DNA of 64,000 nucleotides. Origin: a bacterium. GTDB lineage: Bacteria > Electryoneota > Electryoneia > Electryoneales > Electryoneaceae. The notes below the pieces were generated by a model that was given only the letters and a program-made list of their open reading frames with translations, made no database searches and was not told where the DNA came from. The position numbers and the translations under genes are program-made. Positions 57,407-64,000 of the stretch are shown one piece after another (the stretch's first letter is position 1; each line of letters opens with the position of its first letter). The DNA lies in the NCBI GenBank assembly GCA_963669175.1, contig OY769902.1, positions 1,696,001 through 1,760,000 on the forward strand, given 5' to 3'.

Positions 57407-58990
57407 TCACAACTTTATATCAAGTGAATCTTTCACCTTCCTGACAACGTAAATCCATTCCTGGCCAACACGTAGTGAGTCGCTCGGGCTGAATCCCGCA
57501 AGATCCGTCAGCACAATACCGCGTTGCGAAGAATCGTCTGGCGCCAGTCCGATAACCAGGAGTCGATTACTGCCCTGGAATACGCTGTCCGGGAGTGGGG
57601 AAGGACAGGCAATTCTTGTGCGCTCACGTTCATGCTGTGCGATAGTTATCTGCAAGTTGGCAGACGATATATTCCGTACCTGTATCGTATTCAATGTGGG
57701 AAAATCGACCATTGCCGCGCGTGAGGAATAGGAACCATCGAAAAACACCAGGGCTGCTTCTCCTTCCGGATCAAGGCTGATAATCGCATCACGCCACTCG
57801 CCAAGGTTTCTGTCGTTCGCTTTTATACTGCTTGCAGTGCAAGGCGGTGTGATGGCATACACTTGCCATGGATGGGTAAACCAGAGCAGCGACAGTAAAA
57901 GGACGACACCTGTCGCGGACCAGGCCTGCCAGGAACTGCGTGCCGCAAACACAAGCATCAAAGCGGCTATCAGGGTCAACGCCGGGACCAGCAGCAGGAA
58001 ATAGCCGTCATGAAACAACACAACTAATGCGATTACGGGCAAGATTGTCCAGGCCAGGAAAAAGGAACGGATGTAACTGTCCTGATCACGCCATGCAGCC
58101 CAGAGCACATGAAGCCGGGGCAGCAGGGCTACGGGGGCAAAACCGATAGCCAGCAGCAAATATATCCCTGAATGGCTCAGTTGATAGAGAAGGCTTCGTG
58201 TTGTGGTATGGAATCTGCCGATTTCGAAATCCCGTATCCCGCGAGCGAGGTATTCCACACCCTGACCGGATGCGATTGCAGCGGGCAGAAACCATAACAG
58301 GATGCCAATGAGCAAAGCGGCAAGCGAGGTCAGCATGTGCGATGAACGGGCGTAATCCTTTTTCATTCCCCACACCAGCAATGGGATGAGCAACAGGCTT
58401 TCCGGACGCCAACCCCCCATCCACCCGATAAAAAACGCGGCAATACTCCAGTACCACAGGCTTCTTTTATCCCAGAGTACCAGCCATGCTCCAAGAATAC
58501 TGATCACAGCAGATGCGGAGTAACTCAAGCCGATTTCACTGTAAAACCAGAGCAGGGGATTAAATGCCATCAACACAGCGGCCAGGAGGGCGAACAGCTC
58601 CGCTTCCTGCAAGTTCAGGCCGATACGTTCTGCCAATGGACCACGCGCGAACCAGTGTAAAAGGAAAATCGCCAGCAGGGTTTGTAACAGCGATGCGGCA
58701 TGCAAAACATCCAGTGCGGCGCCCTGAATCAGGAGACGAAGCGCCTGTAAAACCAGCACATGGTTCAGGTAACCGGGGAAATGAGGCATGTCTTCACCCG
58801 GATGCCATCCGTCAACCGCCATGATGAAATTGAAGCTTTCCCAACCGTATGGCTCGGCGGCGACATAGGGGAGACGGCTGACCAGGGTGATCAGTAGCAA
58901 CAGCCAGATACCGTAACGGTAAAAGGCGGTGCCACCCGTGGTCAGAGCTTGATCTGCCGTGTTCAGGCTTGCTTCCTGGGGTGAACTCAT
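57407..58990 (-). CDS. Polytopic membrane protein, probable GT-C glycosyltransferase
   Basis: About ten or more hydrophobic segments; first loop 'WESFNF...MPHFPGY', 'FNPLLWFYSE', 'GGWRP'. Confidence 0.6.
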   Translation of the reverse strand: MSSPQEASLNTADQALTTGGTAFYRYGIWLLLLITLVSRLPYVAAEPYGWESFNFIMAVDGWHPGEDMPHFPGYLNHVLVLQALRLLIQGAALDVLHAASLLQTLLAIFLLHWFARGPLAERIGLNLQEAELFALLAAVLMAFNPLLWFYSEIGLSYSASAVISILGAWLVLWDKRSLWYWSIAAFFIGWMGGWRPESLLLIPLLVWGMKKDYARSSHMLTSLAALLIGILLWFLPAAIASGQGVEYLARGIRDFEIGRFHTTTRSLLYQLSHSGIYLLLAIGFAPVALLPRLHVLWAAWRDQDSYIRSFFLAWTILPVIALVVLFHDGYFLLLVPALTLIAALMLVFAARSSWQAWSATGVVLLLSLLWFTHPWQVYAITPPCTASSIKANDRNLGEWRDAIISLDPEGEAALVFFDGSYSSRAAMVDFPTLNTIQVRNISSANLQITIAQHERERTRIACPSPLPDSVFQGSNRLLVIGLAPDDSSQRGIVLTDLAGFSPSDSLRVGQEWIYVVRKVKDSLDIKL

Positions 58991-59202
58991 GCCGTAAAAT
59001 AGAAAGCCCGGACAGATGATGAAAGAGAAATCTTACACTCTAGTGCGGATATTTCACGAACGAAACATGGATAATCATCTTAACACAGTTCATATCAGCA
59101 CAACACAACTGATTCATACAGCATTTTTCAGGGGACAGTTTGCTCCGGTATCCCTTTGCATGTTTATTCCCTGTTTCGCTGGCAAAATGAGGCTGGGTTT
59201 CG

Positions 59203-59526
59203 GCAACCGCCCCGGCAGGGGCAACCTGTATTAGCCCCGGGCAGCCGCCGTTTGTTTGGCGGCTACCCGGGGAGATGATTCCCACCATATATTTACTCCG
59301 GCAGGAGTAACCTAAAAATTAATAAAGATATACAACATGAATGGTATGGCAACCCGCTGCCGGGGTTGTTCATGAGGAGAGCATTCATTTCCCACCGTGA
59401 GCGCCAAACAGACGGCGCTGGACGGTGGGCTAATACAGAGAACCACTGCCGTGGTTCTTCTCCTGCCCTTTCCAACGAGGATTCTTGCCCTTGCATTTCC
59501 ATCAAGGATCACATGTGCAAGTGCCA
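59203..59526. repeat. REPIN-like doublet of TAG-type palindromic units
   Basis: TAGCCCCGGGCAGCCGCC-GTTTGTTT-GGCGGCTACCCGGGG and, inverted, TAGCCCACCGTCCAGCGCC-GTCTGTTT-GGCGCTCACGGTGGG. The right part is homologous to 10863-11035. Confidence 0.8.
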
Positions 59527-59762
59527 GTCGCGCAATATCCGGTCCACTAGCAATTCAACAGTAACGCGGGTCTTCGGAGCAGAGGTATTTACAGGATGCA
59601 CATGATGGGGAAGGATGAACAGGATAGGAATCATTGGTAAACATCAAAAGAAAAGGGTTCTCAGTTTTGGATTTAATTTTGTATGAACCCTGTTTGACGA
59701 GCAAACAGGGGCAGGTTATAGGGGGCAGGTTGCAGGGATGAAATTTTATGAATTTATCAAAG

Positions 59763-59795
59763 AAAAGGCTGTCAATCCTTTGAATTGACAGCCTT
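59763..59795 (-). terminator. Intrinsic terminator of glnS
   Basis: Hairpin AAGGCTGTCAAT...ATTGACAGCCTT followed by a T-rich tail on the minus strand. Confidence 0.7.
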
Positions 59796-59819
59796 ATGAT
59801 AAACCTTATTTGGAAAGCT

Positions 59820-61529
59820 TCATCCCTTTTTCTGAATCTTTGCCCAGGAATCGCGCAGGGTGACGGTCCGGTTATAAATGACATGGTCCGGCGTGGAATT
59901 CTTATCCATGCAGAAATAGCCTTTGCGCTCGAACTGGCAACGGAAGCCCGGTTCCTCTTCGCCCAGTGAGGGTTCCAGCTTGCAACCGTTCAGAACCTGT
60001 ACGCTGTCGGGATTGATCGCTTGCTTGAAGCTGACGCCATCGCTCTCATCCATCGGGTTGGACTTGGTGAACAGGCTTTCATACAAGCGCACTTCAGCGT
60101 CAACCGCATGTTTCGCCGATACCCAGTGCAGTGTCGCTTTTACCTTGCGGCCATCGGGAGAGTTGCCGCCGCGTGATGCCGGATCATAGGTGCAGCGCAG
60201 TTCAACGATATTCCCCGCATCATCCTTCACCACCTCGTTGCAGGTCACGAAATAGGCGTAACGCAAACGAACCTCACGTCCCGGCGCCAGGCGGAAGAAC
60301 TTCTTGGGCGGATCTTCCATGAAGTCATCACGTTCGATGTAAAGTTCACGGCTGAATGGCACCTTGCGCATTCCGGTATCCGGATCTTCCGGGTTGTTCA
60401 CACTATCCATCTCCTCAACCAGGTCTTCCGGGTAGTTGGTGATGACGACCTTGAGCGGATCGAGAACCGCCATACGTCTCAACGCGCGTTTGTTCAAATC
60501 TTCACGGATGGCAAACTCGAGCTGAGAAAATTCAACCGTACTGTTCCGCTTGGCGACACCGATCATATCACAGAAATTCCGGATGGATTCCGGGGTGTAG
60601 CCACGACGCCGCAGGCCGGAAAGGGTCGGCATGCGTGGATCATCCCAGCCGCTCACGATGCCTTCACGCACCAGCTCCAGCAGGCGACGTTTGCTCATGA
60701 CAGTATAGGTCAGGTTCAGACGCGCGAATTCGTACTGATGTACTCGGGGTTCTTCGAAAAGCTGATCGAGGAACCAATCGTACACCTCACGGTTGTTCTC
60801 GAATTCCAGAGTGCAGATGGAATGAGAAATGCCTTCGATGTAGTCAGACATGCAGTGGGCATAATCATACATCGGGTAAATGCACCACTTGTCCCCGGTC
60901 CGGTGATGGGCAGTGTGACGAATGCGATACATCAACGGGTCACGCATTTTCATATTGGGGTTTGCCATGTCAATTTTTGCGCGAAGCGTTTTTTCACCGT
61001 CCTTGAATTCACCGTTACGCATCCGTTCGAACAGGTCCAGGTTTTCCTCAACGCTACGATCACGATAAGGACTGTCCTCACCGGCCTGCTTCACGGTGCC
61101 GCGAGTTGCACGAATCTCCTCTTCCGTCAAGTCGCAGACATATGCTTTCCCCACTTCAATCAACTGCACCGCATAGTTGTACAGTTTTTCAAAGTAGTCC
61201 GACGCAAAATGAAGACGATCACCCCAAGTGTAGCCCAGCCACTTGATGTCTTCCTGGATCATGTCTACGTAAAGTGTCTCTTCGGTCAGCGGATTGGTAT
61301 CGTCAAATCGGAGATGCGTGATTCCGCCAAAATCCTCGGCAACGCCAAAGTTCAAGACGATGGATTTCGCATGGCCGATATGAAGGAAACCATTCGGTTC
61401 CGGAGGAAACCGGGTCTCGATCTGACGGTTGTACGTATTGTTCCGAATGTGTTCGCGGATGATCTCACGGACAAAATCGGTATTCTCGGAAGATTGTGTT
61501 GCAGCTTCGTTGTTCGCTTTATCTGACAT
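59820..61529 (-). CDS. glnS: Glutamine--tRNA ligase
   Basis: '[15 protein letters not shown]', 'RFDDTNP', 'YPMYD', 'MSKR', 'GWDDPRMPT', 'QFERKGYF'. Confidence 0.97.
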   Translation of the reverse strand: MSDKANNEAATQSSENTDFVREIIREHIRNNTYNRQIETRFPPEPNGFLHIGHAKSIVLNFGVAEDFGGITHLRFDDTNPLTEETLYVDMIQEDIKWLGYTWGDRLHFASDYFEKLYNYAVQLIEVGKAYVCDLTEEEIRATRGTVKQAGEDSPYRDRSVEENLDLFERMRNGEFKDGEKTLRAKIDMANPNMKMRDPLMYRIRHTAHHRTGDKWCIYPMYDYAHCMSDYIEGISHSICTLEFENNREVYDWFLDQLFEEPRVHQYEFARLNLTYTVMSKRRLLELVREGIVSGWDDPRMPTLSGLRRRGYTPESIRNFCDMIGVAKRNSTVEFSQLEFAIREDLNKRALRRMAVLDPLKVVITNYPEDLVEEMDSVNNPEDPDTGMRKVPFSRELYIERDDFMEDPPKKFFRLAPGREVRLRYAYFVTCNEVVKDDAGNIVELRCTYDPASRGGNSPDGRKVKATLHWVSAKHAVDAEVRLYESLFTKSNPMDESDGVSFKQAINPDSVQVLNGCKLEPSLGEEEPGFRCQFERKGYFCMDKNSTPDHVIYNRTVTLRDSWAKIQKKG

Positions 61530-61790
61530 GGTCAATCTCGCTCTCACATCGTCATGTTACAGCTTTTCTTTACCGGACTTTTCCGGGCAATTTGTTGACT
61601 GGAAGGTACAGGAAATCTACGAAGCGGGAAACCCCTTGGAAACATGTTCGGCTTGTCCGGTTCTCTTCAAGAACGGGTTCTTCATAGTGATAAAAAGTGA
61701 AGCCAAATGCAGAACACCTCTTCCTATGGTTCAATCGTCATCTTATAATTCAGCATATGGTACATTGTATGGTTGAAAGCAAAGAGATGG

Positions 61791-61979
61791 AAAAAGGGGA
61801 CTGCCTCCTTTCCCTGGAGTAAAACTATCCCACTGTGAACATGGACCGGGAAAGGTGGCTGTACCCTTTTCCTTGCGAGCAGGCAAGTAGTCCATGGAAA
61901 AGGGTACAGTTTCCTTTTCTGCAAGTTCAGCGAGAGTGTTTTGTGCGAGCATGAAGAAAAGGATTCCGTCCCCTTTTCC
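61791..61979. repeat. Cluster of four GGGAC/GTCCC-type REP-like motifs
   Basis: AAAAAGGGGACTGCCTCCTTTCC, GAAAGGTGGCTGTACCCTTTTCC, GAAAAGGGTACAGTTTCCTTTTC, GAAAAGGATTCCGTCCCCTTTTCC. Confidence 0.78.
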
Positions 61980-62066
61980 TGACAGCATGTCTATAATTCC
62001 ATAATGACTGAACTTAATCAAGGAAAGCCATTTTAATACTTGCATGAATCGGACAAAGGAGTCTGT

Positions 62067-62966
62067 ATGGGCAACCGTCCCGTTGTCTTCGGTGAAATTC
62101 TAATGGACGTCTTCCCTGATGGTCAGGCTATCCCGGGAGGCGCTCCGTTTAACGTGGCCTGTCACCTTGCCGCGTTCGGAGCAGATCCGCTCTTCATCAG
62201 CGCCGTGGGAAATGATGACCATGGTCGTCAACTTCTCCAACTGATGGAAAGCAATCGAATGGATATCTCCGGAATTCAGATATCAGATACCCATCCAACG
62301 GGAACAGTCGCTGTTGCCATAAGGAACAACGAACCGGAATACACGATCCAGACCGAAGTGGCCTGGGATTTTATTGAACCTTCACACCAACTACTGGAAC
62401 AGGCGACTTCATCTGGCAACATCCTGGTATTTGGAACCCTTGCCCAACGGTCTGTCGTTTCAAGGAATTCCCTGCAGCGATTACTTGCCGATTCAAGCAT
62501 GCTGTCGCTTGTCGATTTGAACCTTCGGCAGCCTTTTATTGCTGAAGAAGTCATCAAGGACAGCTTGAAGCGTGCATCTTTTGTCAAGCTGAATCGTGCT
62601 GAACTGGGGAGAGTAACCGGACATGTCAGCAGATCAGAGCATGACCTTATTCAGGATGCTCGTGAGCTGGTCAACCGTTACCGGAGCGACGCCCTGTGGG
62701 TCACTTGCGGCGAGGAAGGTAGCTGGTATATCGGCAAAAACGGTGATGTTGAACATTATCACGAAACCAGGAATGAGAATATCGCTGATACAGTTGGCGC
62801 TGGCGATGCCTATACCGCAGTCCTGGTGCTTGCATATATAAACGGATGGAATACCGGCATTACCCTGAAGCGAGCGCATCGCTTTGCTGCGGCAATTTGC
62901 AGTGTTCGTGGCGCGCTTCCGGCCGATCACGAGTTCTATTCGCCCTGGATAAGGGAATGGAAATAG
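62067..62966 (+). CDS. PfkB-family carbohydrate kinase (fructokinase-like)
   Basis: 'GGAPFNVA', 'DLNLR', 'VKLNRAE', 'DTVGAGDAY'. Confidence 0.93.
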   Translation: MGNRPVVFGEILMDVFPDGQAIPGGAPFNVACHLAAFGADPLFISAVGNDDHGRQLLQLMESNRMDISGIQISDTHPTGTVAVAIRNNEPEYTIQTEVAWDFIEPSHQLLEQATSSGNILVFGTLAQRSVVSRNSLQRLLADSSMLSLVDLNLRQPFIAEEVIKDSLKRASFVKLNRAELGRVTGHVSRSEHDLIQDARELVNRYRSDALWVTCGEEGSWYIGKNGDVEHYHETRNENIADTVGAGDAYTAVLVLAYINGWNTGITLKRAHRFAAAICSVRGALPADHEFYSPWIREWK

Positions 62967-63105
62967 GGCGAAAACGTGACAGAACACGATTGGAGCAATC
63001 CCGGTTTTTGTTTGGAAAACACAGATTGATAAAATCTCTTGTTGTAAGCAGCAGCAACAGGTTGTAAACTATGTGTTCACATTGTACCCAGGGGAGGGGA
63101 TTAGT

Positions 63106-63822
63106 ATGAACCTGTCAGACTTGCAGTCGCAACAACCTGTAATTACCCGTGAACAAGCGGAAGTTCAGATCAGGGCATTCATCAACAAGGTTTACGGCTG
63201 GATGGCGCTTGCCCTGATTCTGACGGGATTTGTCGCGTGGTGGGTGGCGAATGATTTGGCGCTGGCACGTTTTATCGCCAGCAACAACTTCATCTTTTAC
63301 GGTTTGTTGATCGGCACTCTTCTGATGGTGGGCGCGTTGTCCGGTTGGGTTCACCGGATGTCGCCGGTTACCGCGATTGCTGTATTTATGGGCTATTCGG
63401 CGTTGAATGGCGTACTATTGAGTTTCATCTTCCTCGTTTATACGAAAGAATCGATTGCCTCCACATTTTTTATTACCGCAGGCACTTTTGCCGTGATGAG
63501 CGTGTACGGGTTTGTCACCAAAACAGACCTCACCCGCATCGGAAACCTGTTGTTCATGGCCCTGCTTGGATTTCTACTTGCCAGCCTTGCCAATATCTTC
63601 TTCCACAGCGAAACATTGTACTGGGTGACTACCTATGCAGGTATCCTGATCTTTGTCGGTTTAGTGGCTTATGACACCCAACGGTTGAAGATGATGGCGT
63701 TGGGTACTGTCAATGATGAAGACATGATGACCCGGGCATCGGTTATCGGTGCGTTGCGGCTGTACCTGGATTTCATTAATCTGTTCCTGTTGCTGCTTCG
63801 TATTTTCGGACGGCGGCGGTAG
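63106..63822 (+). CDS. Bax inhibitor-1/YccA-family membrane protein
   Basis: 'KVYGWMA', 'YGFVTKTDL', 'AYDTQRLK', 'ALRLYLDFINLFL..LRIFG'. Confidence 0.93.
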   Translation: MNLSDLQSQQPVITREQAEVQIRAFINKVYGWMALALILTGFVAWWVANDLALARFIASNNFIFYGLLIGTLLMVGALSGWVHRMSPVTAIAVFMGYSALNGVLLSFIFLVYTKESIASTFFITAGTFAVMSVYGFVTKTDLTRIGNLLFMALLGFLLASLANIFFHSETLYWVTTYAGILIFVGLVAYDTQRLKMMALGTVNDEDMMTRASVIGALRLYLDFINLFLLLLRIFGRRR

Positions 63823-63900
63823 TGAAACGATCCTACTAAATCGGTCTACGTTGGAAGCTTTACGTCGTCAGGTCACACGCATGAAAATCGTATGCGCAAG

Positions 63901-64000
63901 ACCTGACGAAACTGGCGCTGCATTAGACCTGACGAATCTGGCGCTGCATTAGACCTGATGAAACTGGCGCTGAATTAGACCTGATGAAACTGGTGCTGCA
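63901..64000 (+). repeat. 26-bp tandem repeat, nearly four copies, truncated by the window end
   Basis: ACCTGA(C/T)GAA(A/T)CTGG(C/T)GCTG(C/A)ATTAG at 63901, 63927, 63953 and 63979. Confidence 0.9.

Noticed and set aside
63901-64000. CRISPR array or hammerhead ribozyme (CTGANGA and GAAA present)
   Set aside because: There are no unique spacers, and I could not build the stems required around the hammerhead core.

Overview
This is a bacterial chromosomal window, most likely from an FCB-superphylum lineage such as Calditrichota or a related candidate phylum. That placement is inferred from two proteins with 'PNPFN' type IX secretion C-terminal sorting tails and a gingipain-like C25 protein. About 40 genes are supported. 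They include housekeeping genes (dnaX, ybaB/ebfC, uvrB, glnS), an Mla/Pqi-type ABC operon, a small capsule/glycosylation cluster (two GT4 genes, one of them a double-GT4 fusion, plus GT2, DegT aminotransferase and Wzi), a sigma-54 activator next to a complete sigma-54 promoter, and several envelope proteins. No rRNA, tRNA, CRISPR-cas locus or transposase gene was recognised. The most unusual signals are: (1) a Tat-exported protein with eukaryote-like LIM zinc fingers and a plant DA1-like HExxH peptidase; (2) an uncharacterised three-gene cassette (Ig/Fn3-like protein, FecR-domain protein, large outer-membrane barrel) just downstream; (3) a rich set of intergenic palindromic elements. These include eight hairpins from two different REP families that share a GTCTGTTT-like loop on different stems, a 396-bp mini-element with IS50/Tn5-like 19-bp ends nested in one REP doublet while carrying another, a CTAG-bounded 270-bp MITE, and three clusters of four GGGAC-type motifs. 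All family assignments come from motif recognition by eye; no database searches were run.
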